DNA of 63,128 nucleotides, filler included, from Choristocarpus tenellus KU-1152 (taxonomy: Eukaryota; Protista; Phaeophyceae), in assembly GCA_964200185.2 (NCBI GenBank). It is 15 parts of 15 records of this genome, joined end to end, with 100 filler letters (N's around TTAATTAATTAA, not from the genome) between each part and the next. Parts side by side here need not be neighbours in the genome. Positions count along the whole stretch, not along the records: positions 20,262 to 28,668 come from CAXNAD020004748.1; positions 28,769 to 32,000 come from CAXNAD020021374.1; positions 32,101 to 36,047 come from CAXNAD020017001.1; positions 36,148 to 39,110 come from CAXNAD020023326.1; 11 more parts are not named here. One strand, 5' to 3'. Of the stretch, positions 23,834 through 36,281 are shown one piece after another. The position numbers and the translations under genes are program-made. Below the pieces are notes generated by a model. It ran no database searches, was not told the DNA's origin, and was given only the letters and a program-made list of their open reading frames with translations. Every line of letters begins with the position of its first letter. Within the stretch, counting starts at the first letter, position 1.

Positions 23834-26811
23834 TCATCCTCTTCCTGTCAGATCCCCCGACGCAAGCTCCTTCGCTTCCATCCCACTCTTATGGCGGAGG
23901 TAGGCCTCGATGAACTGGTCAATATCACCGTCCATCACATCCTGCACCTGACTAGTCTCCGCCTCAGTCCTCGTGTCCTTCACCATCTTGTAAGGGTGGA
24001 AAACATAGTTTCGGATCTGCTGACCCCAGCTTGCCTCCACCATATCCCCCCGAATGTCGGCGAGGTCCTGGGTCTGTTGCTCTTGCATCACCACGACCAG
24101 GCGTTCCTTCAACATATTCAGTGCGCCCTGCTTGTTGAGCAGTTGGGTCCTGTGCTGAGTGCACCGGACTGCAATATTTGTTGGGGTATGCTTCATACGC
24201 ACACCAGTCTCCACCTTGTTGACGTTCTGACCCCCTTTACCTCCGCTGCGCATGGTGCTGACCTCTAGCTCTGATTCTGGGATCTCCAGCTGACTATTGT
24301 GAGTTGTAAATGAGAAAGCAAAGCAAATCAAATCAAACCAAATCAAACCGAAAAGTAGCAAAGGACGCAAAAAACGTAACATGGGCAAACATTTGTGGCA
24401 ACAAGAATCACAGCGAGGGAAAGGATTGGGGGAAGGCACCTAAAAAGAGGTTCAGAGGAGGAGCACAGGGTTCCAAGGTGGACAGGCAACAGTGGTCTCA
24501 TGTGATGACACAAAATGAAACCGGAAAAAATAGGAGGGTCGCAGAATAGCTAAGTCCCTGGACAAAAGGGTAAAGGGTGTCTGTCAAGGGTAATTAAGGT
24601 TACAGGAGGAGACTTGACCTAGGGGATTGGCAGACTCTGAACCTAACAATGAGAGGTAGTTGTGAGGGGAAAATGAAGGCGGTAAGAATTGAACAAATGG
24701 AATCAATATATTATTGCCGTGGGGTACATGCATGTTGTGTGTGTGTGTGTATACTACTGTGGCGTTTTTCTCAAGCTCATGCTCTGAAATTTGATATCTC
24801 CATTTGATTGGGATACCAATAGATAAAGGATACAGTCCAACCTCAAATTGTCAATCTGGTACATCAGGCCGGACCAGCCGTGAAAACAGGAAAAAATATA
24901 CTACTTTTTCCTGTCCCAGTCCAACCTACAGTTGATGTTACAAACATTGGTGAATCTTGTCTGCGATGAAATATACTTTGTAAGAAATTTATCCAACTCA
25001 CGAGAGGTCTTCTTGTTCAATCATAGGAAAGGTCTCCACGCCTGCAAAACTGGTCTGCCTCTTGGCTTGTGCATTGAACGGGGACTGGCGCACTAATCGG
25101 TGTGTGCCCTTTTCACCGGCCAGACGCCCGTAGGCAAACTCACCCTCCACCTCAATGAGGCAGCTTTTGATCCCAGCCACCTCTCCCATCTTCAATCCCT
25201 CATGCACATTGACGATGGAAGTGGGATGTGGGACAAAAAGGGGAGTGAGGGGAAGATGCCATTTGATTGGACCTCATCTACAGGACTTAGTTTGAAAATC
25301 AATACTTAAGCGCCCTGTACAGCAGGTACTGGAACAGGAAAAAGTAATGGTTGGGAGGTACAGCTGAAAATCACAAGGGAACAATCAACTGTACTGCCAT
25401 GTATGAAGCATAGTGCAGGAGGTGAGGGCGTGGTGGTGCATACCAGGTATACCTGTTACCAGCATCGAACAGTCAAACACAGACCACCACTGAATTGTGG
25501 TTTTGAATCAAAGAAACTCTGCGAGATCAAAGTGACACCATCATCTTGGTTTTCACTGGTTTTTGTTGTATCATCTTGTCCTAGCCTTGCATTTGGTTCC
25601 AGGGCCTACAGGGTGCCTAATTGCTCAACAAGTGTGTTTGACTGAACCAAAATTGACCACAACCATGATCCTACTGGTCCCCTATGACCAAATGATAACA
25701 GTTCAAGGGATCAGAAGTCAACTATTCATTATCTTGTTCCATGTGCCATTTCCCCCACCCACTCCCCTCGTCAAACAACCTCCTATCTGGTTGACTAACA
25801 TCAATGCACGCACAAAGGCAAAACATCAATTGTCTTGTTCCATGTGCCATTTACCACACCCACTACCCTTTTCAAACAAACTCCTCTTACCTGGTTGACT
25901 AACACCAATGCACACACAAAGGCAAACACCAAATGGAAGAACCCTCACAAATCTTGGAAACATTGTTCACCTCCTCCTCAATGAACTTGTACTTCAGCCC
26001 CCGTCGTTGGAAAAAGCGAGTATACATTCGCTGCAGCATGAGAGCCCAGTCCTGTGCTTCAGTTCCTCCTGCACCTGCCATGATGGTCAGCCGACAGCCA
26101 CAGTTGTCGTACTTGCCTGAGAGGAGCTTCTCCAACTCCCAACTGTCAAGATCGACCTCCAGCTGGTCCAATGCCTGCACCGCCTCGTCAATCATCATCT
26201 TTTCCTCCTCTTCCGAACCACTCTCGTCATCCCCGCAAAGTTCCAGTGCGGTGGTAGCGTCGGATTCCCACCGACGCCACTTTTCTAATCGTTCAACCTG
26301 AGTTTTCAATCTTCAGGTGGCCATTGGGAAGAGTGGTGCATGGGGGTGTCAGAACATGGTTATCTTCAGATATAGCTTCTTATCTTCAACGAATGCACAG
26401 GTGCAGGCATGGGGGAACCTTGGCATCGTACCTATTGAGTTCCCCGAGAGTCTTCCGAGCGGCAGCTGCGTCTTCCCAGAACCCCTCCTCTGCGCTGACG
26501 CCCTCCAAGTATCCGAGCTCCCCCTTGAGCTTTCCCTCGTCCAAAATACTCCGGTTTAGTGTCAGTCTCTCTTGCAAATCTGCAAGGGAACGCTTTACAT
26601 CACCAGCTGTTGTATCCTGTTGCACCACTCGCAGTGCAAGCCTTCTCGGTTGGTGACCTCCTTGATGTCCAGTCCAACAGCGACCAAGAGATGGATGCGT
26701 GCGACCTGTTTGGCCTCTTCCCATCCCTCCACCGAAAGCGAAAGCTAAAGAAGGTAGATGAATACCTATCGTAAGATATACTACCAGAAGCACACGCATC
26801 GGTCGCTTCAT
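23834..26811 (-). CDS. prfB: Peptide chain release factor 2 (bacterial type), nuclear-encoded, probably plastid-targeted; 4 exons
   Basis: Phase-consistent exons 26811-26432 (alternative ATGs at 26820 and 26799), 26310-25971, 25189-25002 and 24293-23834. Motifs: [25 protein letters not shown] (the SPF tripeptide is RF2-specific), [12 protein letters not shown] (GGQ), [18 protein letters not shown]. The N-terminus has a hydrophobic signal ending SLAFAF followed by an Arg/Gly/Thr-rich transit-like stretch. Confidence 0.96.
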
Positions 26812-27100
26812 GGTACGCATAAAGGCAGACCTGGTAACGAACTGCAACCAACCTCAAAAATCGTGTCTCAAAGGAGTTTATAAAATGTGCAGCAGCATGC
26901 ACAAGATCCTGTTTAAAGTTCGTACAGGAGAACATACAGGTGTTGCACAGGTCCTGGGTCCTTTAAGATTCTACACGCCAAACATCTCAAGCCTCCAAGG
27001 CCTCAAAGATTGAAGAGCCTAATACAGAGTTGAGCGAGGTTTGAACCTGGAATCAGGACAAGAAGCACAGCATCAAGTCTTCGTTTGGAGTGCCCCTAGG

Positions 27101-28056
27101 ATGTCAGAGGATATCACAGTCGATGATATCAAGGAGGCCTTTCCTGCCGTTTTTCAGAAATTCGAGTCCGTGGACCCACAGGAGATTGTTCGGGCGTTGG
27201 ACAAGTATGGTTTCGAGGAGACAGAGGTGAGATTCCTCCAAATCCCAAGGTGGTGCTGGCGTAGCTTGTGAGGCAGCAGATGATGCCGACGTGAGCTTGT
27301 CACATGTGAGGTAACTGGCGAGTGTGACCCAGGGACTTTGTGGAAACCTCGGCCACTGGAACCTCATCCGTGGCGGCATCTCTCCTCTGTTTATGTAGTT
27401 TTCTGTAGTTGGAGCTGGTAACTGCGTTTTCTTGCACCTACATTCTTCTTGGGAGAGAACGCAAGTGATTCTTGCTGTTGGTACAATAGTATTTCTTCGC
27501 GAGTCAAGCATGCAGCCTATGTGGGCTCTTGAAACTAGACTTAACTTGCCTTGCAGAATAATACTCTCTCAATCCAAATCATTTTGATGAACACAGGATC
27601 TGCTGCTTTGGGTATCTCAAGATAGAAGTAGGTGGAGGGTCAAAGCCTGATTTCTTGTTATGGTTTAGTTCTTTGAGTATGGGTAGAAACCGTGTCGATG
27701 TCACGTGGATAAAGTCCAACCATACCTTCATCACTCCAACTTTGCGCACTCAGGACCTATTCGCAGACCTTGATGCATTAGCAAAGGGAACGAGGACTCT
27801 TACTCTGGCGACTGCGGCTGCTTGTGACGCTGCCATGGATGACGTTGAGGCCTCTCCATTTCCCAGTAAAGCCGTGTTTGTGGACTCACGGGAAATAGAT
27901 GAGCCTAGCCCAAACGAACCACAACCGCTGACGCTTGATACAGAGTTCGACAAGAAGTTAATTAACGGAACTGCTCACGGATCAGAGGCGCTGAAGGAGG
28001 AGTTTGAGGACGCAGAGCAGGGAGAGCTCTTTGTGGGCGAGATTATCGCACAAGAG
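27101..28056 (+). CDS. Unknown acidic protein, possible N-terminal CUE/UBA-like helical domain; first two exons; head-to-head with prfB
   Basis: ATG at 27101; exon 27101-27226 (GAG|GTGAGA) splices in phase 0 to CAG|27754 (DLFADLDALAKG...). The exon 2 donor is at 28056 or ~28157. The domain guess from IKEAFP...VDPQEIVRALDKYGFE is weak. Confidence 0.65.
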
Positions 28057-28768
28057 GTGCAGGCATTTATTGTTGAGGGGTTATTGTTAAGCCCTGTTCT
28101 CTTACACAAAACCTGCGAGGCACCAAACCCAATGGATGTTGTGGGAGGTTGGGATTGGTGAGACATATTCACTATTGCACAAACTTACTATTGAATAATA
28201 GGTGCATGCATAAACATGAACACAAAGGCACAGGCATGTAAACAGGCACCAAAGACTCAAGTATTCTTGTGACTTTAAAAGGGGTGGGCGCACTTCACAT
28301 TGACCCTGTGAAGACCATGCTAAGTTATGTAGACTATATTGCACAAAGTAGCATCAAAGTAAATAATTACAAGGTCACCTCTTCTCCCCACCCCTTTGGG
28401 TCAATTTTGCTGCACTTTTCTGCTTCTATTCAAAGGAAGCAGAGGACCTCTTTGATGCCTCCGAAATAGTAGAAAACCCTGCCCCTGATGGCAGAGGTCC
28501 ACGTTATCTGGTTCGATTCCGTGGCTGCAGCTACTGCCATCTTCAATGGGTCACTGAGGCTACAGTGCTGTGCGGAGGTTTGGCTCTCAAAGATGCTGGC
28601 GCTGGGACTGGAGTGGGGGGGGGGGTGGTCGCGCACGGCTGGCAGCCTTTCGCCGCCGAATGGATCGGNNNNNNNNNNNNNNNNNNNNNNNNNNNNNNNN
28701 NNNNNNNNNNNNTTAATTAATTAANNNNNNNNNNNNNNNNNNNNNNNNNNNNNNNNNNNNNNNNNNNN

Positions 28769-28984
28769 GACCCAACAGATTCCTTTGACCTTCCCGACCA
28801 TGTGACATACCAAATGAATATGGCATTCGAAGGGATTGTACTAAAGGAGGACGCTGGGGGATTGCTCGGCGAGACTTCCCGTCCCGTTCTTGATGAAGAC
28901 GGGCAGGCTATAATGTCCGGTCCAGATGCCTTCCCTGGCGAGGAGGAAGAATACTGTGTGGGCGGAGCCCTTGCTTCCCTCTAA
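28769..28984 (+). CDS. C-terminus of a VWD/root-cap-like domain protein of the type common in brown algae (5' part off contig)
   Basis: Open from contig start to TAA: YQMNMAFEGIVLKEDAGGLLGETSRPVLDEDGQAIMSGPDAFPGEEEEYCVGGAL. Resembles, from recall, the GxLGETxxPxxDExG..IM.G...DY.V C-terminal motif of brown-algal proteins. Confidence 0.6.
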   Translation, partial: DPTDSFDLPDHVTYQMNMAFEGIVLKEDAGGLLGETSRPVLDEDGQAIMSGPDAFPGEEEEYCVGGALASL

Positions 28985-29864
28985 GGGAGAGTTGGAGTGT
29001 ATATTGAAGATTGTGCTATACTATTGTCGCCTGAAGGATGTTGAGTGATTGCGGAATGTCGTAGATATCAAATGGGATCAATGCAGTTGTAGGCCTTTTC
29101 AGTGAAGGTGATGTGCAGTTGAGTTGGTGTGGCGATATTTTTGTCTGTGTATGGAGTGCAACAATGAGTGTTCGGTTGTGAAGTTCAACAAATTTGACTG
29201 ATGCAGTGGTCTCCTTGGTCCAAGAGGGTGTATGACTTTCTGAAGGAGGCAAGGTGTACCGAGAGTGGATGGAAGAGATGCGAAAGATGTTTTGTGATGG
29301 GAAGAATTTAGTTGTTGGGAGGGTCATTAGGCGAAGTATCTTGTGTAGATTCTCTTGGAGTGTTAGAGTTGGCTTTTTTGAGTATCTCGCGGTATGCCTG
29401 TGCATGTTGGACTAGGTCACCGTTTTTCATCAATATTTGTTTCAGTAAAGACTTCAATTGATTGCTGTTCAGGGAATTTGTACAATTAGCTATGCAAGTC
29501 CTAGATTGTGATTTATGAAGTAGTAATGGAAGAAAGCACAAACAACAAGGGTTTATCATCAACTTATCTGCTAACCCTAAGTATCTTGGGTGAGGGGGGG
29601 TGATTTTAAGACATAGGCTACTCATTTGGTTCTTGATGATATGATACAAAAACTGCCAGGTTGTACTGACTGTTGATTGGTGCACTGCACTGGTCGTTAT
29701 TGTCCACTTATTTGTTGTGCATCCCAACTCATCATCACATCGATTTACATTAGATAGAAGTATAGCATCAGTTGATATTCAGTTGATACACGTCACACGC
29801 ATGGACATCATAGCACGTGTCATCCAAGTTATTTCGGAACTTGTTCCAAGTGCAGTCCACTCCT

Positions 29865-30322
29865 TCATGTTCTTCTTTTCTCTTTTTTTGTTAAGCATAA
29901 GACCCCAGATGCAAGTTAATTGTTGTTTATTATTTTTTCATTTGTTGTCATTGCCCCCGCGAAGCGCCTCATGGTCACTCTGCAATATTGCCCCTGACGC
30001 TCACTTGGATGTATTACATACAGAATTAAAACCATCTACGGAAACCCTTGCCAGTCAAGGAAACAAACCTCTCCACAGATCATGGATTTCTTTCGTTGAG
30101 CATCTCATGAAATAACACTGAAATCACATCACATTATTCTTGACTGAGAGATCAATGACTTGAGTTGCAACAGAACTAATACATCAGTGATTTGCATCGC
30201 ACTTACATCTACTCATACCACAGACTATGTATTCTACTCATCGGTGCTTTGCAACACCATGATTCCGCTTCACTCGTAGTCTACCCATTTCGCTTACATA
30301 TACAATGCATTCGATTCAGGTT
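29865..30322 (-). repeat. Dispersed repeat family C, copy 2 (inverted relative to copy 3)
   Basis: The reverse complement begins ACCTGAATCGAATGCATTG and is colinear with copies 1 and 3, with a ~60-bp insertion. Confidence 0.88.
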
Positions 30323-30327
30323 TCAAC

Positions 30328-30483
30328 AGGGGATCTATACCAGGGTTTCCATTTTGGTCCATTAACGAGGAACATTGCACTTACATTGTCCATCCGACCT
30401 ATGCAACCAAATCACCCCAAATTCTTGACATGAAACATTGGCCCCAAATGGACAGCTGGCACCCCCCCCAGATACTTTGAGTC
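30328..30483 (-). mobile_element. MITE family A, one TIR missing
   Basis: ...CCCCAAATGGACAGCTGGCACCCCCCCAGATACTTTGAGTC. Confidence 0.88.
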
Positions 30484-30872
30484 ATGGTGTGTGTTCGTTG
30501 AACAGTTTCGCAGTGGGAAGGCTCGTCGCCAAACGTTGCTGGTGGATCACATGGTGAAAATCTACTGTTTATTAGTTCTCTGATGGTCTTTGGTCTTAGC
30601 CCATCCATTCCCTGACTTATGGTTAAAGACTGACTGATGATCATACCGCTATGTGCGTTACATACTCTGTATTTAACCGAAATAATGACAAACGTGTATG
30701 AAACTGTGTTATATACTCCTATCAGCACATACAGCTTAACGTATGTATCAAAATCTTCACATGTTGTCGAAATATTCTTACTGGCAAATTCTATATAAAC
30801 TCGTTTCCCTCTGGTTTTCATCCCAAACAAAAACAAAACGAATCTATATTTTTCTAGTTCAATCTTCTTAAA

Positions 30873-31260
30873 TCCTGAATCGAATGCATCGTACTTTCGA
30901 GTAAAATGCGTAGTCTGCATTGCGAAGAGAAGTCAAAGGGCTGCAAAGCACCGATGTGTCTGTTCTGTTATAGCTGAGGTAATTTATCGCTCAGTCAAGG
31001 ATGATGATGTGAATTCAGTGTTCTTTCTTGAGATATTGCAATTAAGAAATCCATGCTGAGGAGAGGCTTGTTACCTCGGCGGACAAGCGACCCTGTGGAT
31101 GGTTTAACTCTGAATATATGACATCCAGGTGTGTATTAGGTATACTTATTGCAGAGTGGACTCAGTGTATGATGAGGGGGCAATGACAACCAAGAAAAAA
31201 AAAGCAATGAGCAATTAACGTGCATCTGGGGTCTTCTTCTGATAAGAGGAAGAGGAAAGA
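30873..31260 (+). repeat. Dispersed repeat family C, copy 3
   Basis: CCTGAATCGAATGCATCG ... CAATTAACGTGCATCTGGGGTCTT matches the reverse complement of copy 2. Confidence 0.88.
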
Positions 31261-31842
31261 TATCAAACAAAAATATACAAAGTACCAGAAAAAAGAACAA
31301 AAAATGACATGTAAAAAAGATCTTGAAAACTTTGATTAGGGTTTTCATATAGTGTGTAAATCCTGATCCCAGCTTGCAAGTCGAAGATATAAACCTAGGT
31401 AGCTACTGCATCACTGAAACAATCAACTCTCAGTGGCATGTGATATCATGACTCCATGCTGTCCATAATGCCTGGTGTTTCGATTTTACATCCTTCACAA
31501 TGGGTGGACCATGGCCCGATATTATATTTGTGTACGGCAGGGCTTGAATCTTCTCCATGGTTGCCTGAACACACTCAAGCGTTGAGCAAAGGTGAGCACT
31601 GTATTACTAATATGAGGAACAGGTCATTGACAGATTTTTCATCAAATAATTGTACTTTTTTGTGCTGTATTTGTCTCTGACTACAATCTGCCTGTGATCT
31701 AAACTGTTGAACACACCAAGAGGAGAATGACAGACGAAGGGTTAAGAGCTGTACACGTATAGGATCCTGAGCCACCTTAAAAATAACCAGATTTCTTAAG
31801 GACCCGATGCCTTTCGTTGAGGAGATCATACTCGAAATAACT

Positions 31843-32000
31843 CACTCAAAGTATCTGGGAGAGGGTGGCGGCTGTCCATTTGGGGACATTTTTTTTTCTT
31901 GCGATTTTTTGGTGATTTGGTTGAATATGTCGGATAGATAATGTAAGTGTACTTTTCCTGGATACGACCCAAATGGACACCCTGGTGCAGACCCCCTCCC
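31843..32000 (+). mobile_element. MITE family A, cut by contig end
   Basis: CACTCAAAGTATCTGGGAGAGGGTGGCGGCTGTCCATTTGGG...AATGGACACCCTGGTGCAGACCCC. Confidence 0.9.
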
Positions 32001-32139
32001 NNNNNNNNNNNNNNNNNNNNNNNNNNNNNNNNNNNNNNNNNNNNTTAATTAATTAANNNNNNNNNNNNNNNNNNNNNNNNNNNNNNNNNNNNNNNNNNNN
32101 AATCTAAATATCTTTTTTTCTGTTTTTCGTCTACATGAC

Positions 32140-32190
32140 CCCCCTGGTTTACCCCCCCCCCCCCCTCCCCCCCCCCAGGTACTTTGGGTC
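32140..32190 (+). mobile_element. MITE family A, right-end fragment
   Basis: CCCTGGTTTACCCC...CCCCAGGTACTTTGGGTC. Confidence 0.7.
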
Positions 32191-32296
32191 ACGATCGCCT
32201 TTCAACAACAAAACCAAGTCGAACATGAGAAAGACAATGCTATCCTTGCCCTGTCGATATTGGACAGAACTTCACATGAGCACTAATAATGCACTG

Positions 32297-32450
32297 AACT
32301 AAACTGTCCTCTCAATTTATATATCTTTTTAGTCAACTACGATAATGATACTAAAAATCAAATACTAAGAGAGCCATAACTAAACTGTCCTCTCTAATTA
32401 ATTTATACATCTTTTTTGTCAACCACGATAATAATACTAAGAAATCAATT
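32297..32450. repeat. Tandem duplication, ~80-bp unit x2
   Basis: AACTAAACTGTCCTCTC...TTTATA.ATCTTTTT.GTCAAC.ACGATAAT.ATACTAA.AAATCAA occurs twice. Confidence 0.8.
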
Positions 32451-32699
32451 AGAAAGAGAGTCCCTGGTTCATCTTGTTGAGTCTGTTTCTTGAATAGTGA
32501 TTCTCTTACCCACCCTTGTCTATGTTAATATATATTTATATCACTGGAGAGATCCAAGCTCATGCATGCGAAGCGCAAAAGCATGCCTCGATATGGAATC
32601 ACACATCATTACCATTTCCCAAGATTACTTCCTTTTTTTGTGAAATTCAGGGTTTGCCCCTTTTTGGCGGGTCCCTGCCTGCTGGTTGTTATTAGTTTC

Positions 32700-33267
32700 T
32701 TCACTTTAGTCTGGAGGCTATCTGTCCGCTGATCTCAGTGGGGATACAAGCATCATCACTGATTTCGCCTCCAATGTAAACCAAACTACTATATGTCAGT
32801 CTGCTTTCTTGCAGCTTGCCCTAAATAAAGTCCAAAACTGCGTTATGTCTGCAATTTTGTTGGGAGGTTATTGAATACGTATAATTTCAATGTTCAACTC
32901 AATCATGGTCAGTCCAAACTCCCTAGCCACTACTACAATAATCACTGCTACTATCTCCCATCTTTCTAGCCAGGCTTCATAGGTTGGGTCTTCAACACAA
33001 TGCCTGCATCATTAGTAGTATAGAGCATACCCCATAGGTGGTACTTAAATGTTGGCTCACTCTCTGTTGTTCTTCCTCTGACAACCTGGGTGTTTTCGCA
33101 CAGCTCCATTGATGGCAAGAAGGTGTTTGGAGATGACGCCTCAGCATTGCTTTACACTGTATGTAGTGAAGAAGATACATACCCTTGACGAATGCCTTGC
33201 CCCTAATGAATCCATTCCTTAACACCCTTCTATATCTTCCATGCGGACACCGCCTGCATTCCAGCAT
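32700..33267 (-). mobile_element. Highly degraded Ty1/copia RT-RNase H remnant (tentative)
   Basis: TPRLSEEEQQRV...YGVCSIL...RP and a downstream DYCSSG*G resemble the copia LSxEE..Y...VGSLxY..RPD and GYxDSDW motifs; many stops. Confidence 0.4.
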
Positions 33268-35006
33268 CTATCTTGTATCTTATGTAATGATTGTACTTGC
33301 TCCGTCTTCATCATGCATCAACATAGTGTATTATGTACAAGAAATAAGAAACGTACCAAGTAAATACAGCTGCAACTACTCGTAGACCTGTTGTACTCTA
33401 TGCACTGGTCCAATCTCTCTAACTTGAATCATGAATCAGGTCCACAAATCGATCAATATAGTCAAACAAAATTGTTTGTGGAACGATCATGTACCATTGT
33501 CGTATCAATATGTCATACGTGTAGGTAGATATACTTGAGTAGTTGGAAGTAGTTGTGTATATTTGTCGTTCAATTTAGTCGTATTGTATGGAAATATCTA
33601 CCATAGTTTGACAAAGGAAAATCAGATTAGACGTATATACGCGTGGGTGAAGGTTTGGTTCACAACCTTGAGTTGAGTTTGTCTTCAAAACACTACCCTC
33701 TCCACCCTTTACCTGTCATGAAGTCCAGATACAAATCATTGGAGGGATACCCCGTATTATCCTTCACGTTCGGTTTAGTGCTGGGGGGTTATCGAGTTGG
33801 CGCTTTCTCTCCCTTGACACACCTCTCTCAAGGCCTCCTTTCCTCAATTACTGAATATGCGAGACTCCCTCCCTCCATTACTCGACCTACGAGAGCGAGG
33901 TGAGCCTTCGCTACTCCAGCACGAAAATCACAATGTTGAGACTTTTTTTATCCTGGGAAGAGCTGAGAGTGGGGCAAAGGCTGTTCATGAATAGCTATGA
34001 GACCGACGTCAGAAACTTCAACCACCACTATCCAAGGTCGAGAGGGAAGGGCCGTGCTGGCTCCTTGCCGTCTATGATGAGATCACCGCTAGAACCTTGT
34101 CCTCCAATATGAATGATTTTTACCGTCCTAACAGGATTCCTCCTTTAGACATGGTACGGAGATCATAACTGGTGCAATCGCCAGTCCAACTTTGTTTCTG
34201 GTTTGGAACCAACCGTCGACCAAATCTGACCACAAAGGACAAAAAAAACGTGAATATTGGGTAGTAGTCACTGCCATCAACGGGAATTGATTTGAACCTC
34301 ACTTGCAAAGTACCTATGCATGCATCCAATCGCCAGTCGTCATCATCAGCCACGGTGTTCTCGAGTCTTAATGGTGGCGGAAAAGGGGGAGGCACTCTCC
34401 ACAGAGCAAGAGGCGTGGCTTGGTCGGATCCAATACTACGGGGGAAGGGAAATGTGGCGGAAAGCCGAGGAAAAATTTGTACAGGTAAGCCACACCGCAG
34501 ATATGTCTGAGGGTGCTCTCGACCAGACTTGCGTACGTCGACCTGGTCCAGGCGCAAACCGAGTTGGGGCAACTAATGTTGAGTTGTTGGGTTAACACAT
34601 GTCGATACAACCTCGCAGTAGTCCTACAAGTTTATGTGTAAGAATGTTTGTGTGTCTGTCTTGGACTGTATGTCAATCGACTTCAGCGGTACTCCCAACG
34701 AATGAACTCAAGCTCATAGACTGCTTGCCCACAGGAATGGAGAATAGGCGTTGAATCTATGGCATCTCATCCCTGTTGTCGGTCACTTGTTGGTTTATGG
34801 TCAGGAAAGAGGTAAACAGGCAGCAAATATGGTGTAACCTACACCCTTTTAAGTGCAGCATTAGAGGAGCATTGTTATGTGTATGAACCCAGTCAGTACA
34901 TAATGCATGCCCTGTAGCTCATTTCCTGTGTTCCCTTGATACAGATTAGGATATTTTGCTCATCCACCGTTGTCCTGGGATTGAATCTCTAGCCAACCCT
35001 TTCTCC

Positions 35007-35044
<38 letters not shown>

Positions 35045-35749
35045 TTGACCCAGTTTATTGCCAGCAGCTGTTCATGTTACAGAACCAGGGGGAGAGCCCA
35101 CTCCATTTGAGGCTACTCAACTCAAATGCTTCTGGTCCCCCAATGCATGACATGCTTACCTAATTTTTCCTATCAACACACTATCGTGCTTATCCTATGC
35201 ATAGAGTAGTCCCAATTCAAACGGTAATGTTCACCGAAAGCCATGAAGCAGGACTCACGATCCTTTCCTAGCCAAAGTGAATGAAGAAACGCCTGAATCC
35301 AACCCCCCGCAGCCTAAGAACCGTCCCCAGGTCTCTGTGTGTATGAATCCTCTCACCAATGAATTGCGTTTTGAATTGTAATGACTCAGTTGCGTCAACC
35401 GATGACTATTTTTCAAGACCGTTGACATCTAAAATCGAGGGGCTATATTCAACCGTTTATTTTCTTGTCTATGTGAGCACTGCACTCTCCACCCATGGCG
35501 GTCCATGGCACTCAGCACTTCGTGTGGCTCACTGTGTGCCCGTGTGCCCATTTAATATTGTTGGTCAGTGCTCAGGCCACAGTGTAGGCAAGGACACTGA
35601 GAGAGGTGAATGTGAGAGAGCCCTTGCTTCTCTATTTTCCATCCACCTGATCTGAGGTTGACATCGCTACGGTGGGAATGACCTTGACCTCGTTGTCTCC
35701 CACCTGCTCCAATGCCATAGTCTCTTGATTTTTTTTTTTTCTTAACTAA

Positions 35750-35980
35750 GGATTTGTTCCTCGAATCTGGTCAGCAGCGAACAACTGCAACAGTATGCCA
35801 CTGTTGACGTGTTTGAACTTAAAGGGGTTACTCCAGCCTTAGATGGGTCATAGTTTTGATGCTTAGGACAACTCGTTCCGGCTAAGTTAGTTAGACTGAT
35901 AGCCTCGATCCTAAGGAATGGTTTACGGCGCAGAAGCTATGACCACGGCATGAGTCAAGCTGGTATGTTAGCCCCTGGTC
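35750..35980 (+). mobile_element. Degraded non-LTR (RTE-like) reverse transcriptase remnant (tentative)
   Basis: Fragments QYATVD...GV.P and EWFTAQK...QAGMLAP resemble AYDSVDR...GVP and WFxVxxGLRQGCVLAP. Confidence 0.4.
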
Positions 35981-36159
35981 ATACCTCTGGCTTTGGCGTG
36001 GATCAAAAGTTTGAGCGGAACCCCCCCCCCCCCCCCCCCCTATGTTTNNNNNNNNNNNNNNNNNNNNNNNNNNNNNNNNNNNNNNNNNNNNTTAATTAAT
36101 TAANNNNNNNNNNNNNNNNNNNNNNNNNNNNNNNNNNNNNNNNNNNNCCTCACAAAGCA

Positions 36160-36184
36160 CCACCCCCCCCAGATACTTTGACCC
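36160..36184. mobile_element. MITE family A, terminal fragment
   Basis: CCACCCCCCCCAGATACTTTGACCC next to contig start. Confidence 0.65.
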
Positions 36185-36281
36185 TCAAGGTAGTTTGCAG
36201 GAGGTACACATAGACAATAGTGCCTGTCGCAATAAACGTGCTGGATTTTAAGTCGCTCTTAAAATACCATGTGTGACCATT

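Noticed and set aside
23834-26811. Bacterial contaminant or recent HGT of prfB
   Set aside because: Three phase-consistent spliceosomal introns and a targeting presequence show it is a nuclear organelle-targeted gene.
30630-30690. CTGATGA...GAAA suggestive of a hammerhead ribozyme between the inverted family C copies
   Set aside because: No convincing stem II or stem I/III pairing could be formed by eye.
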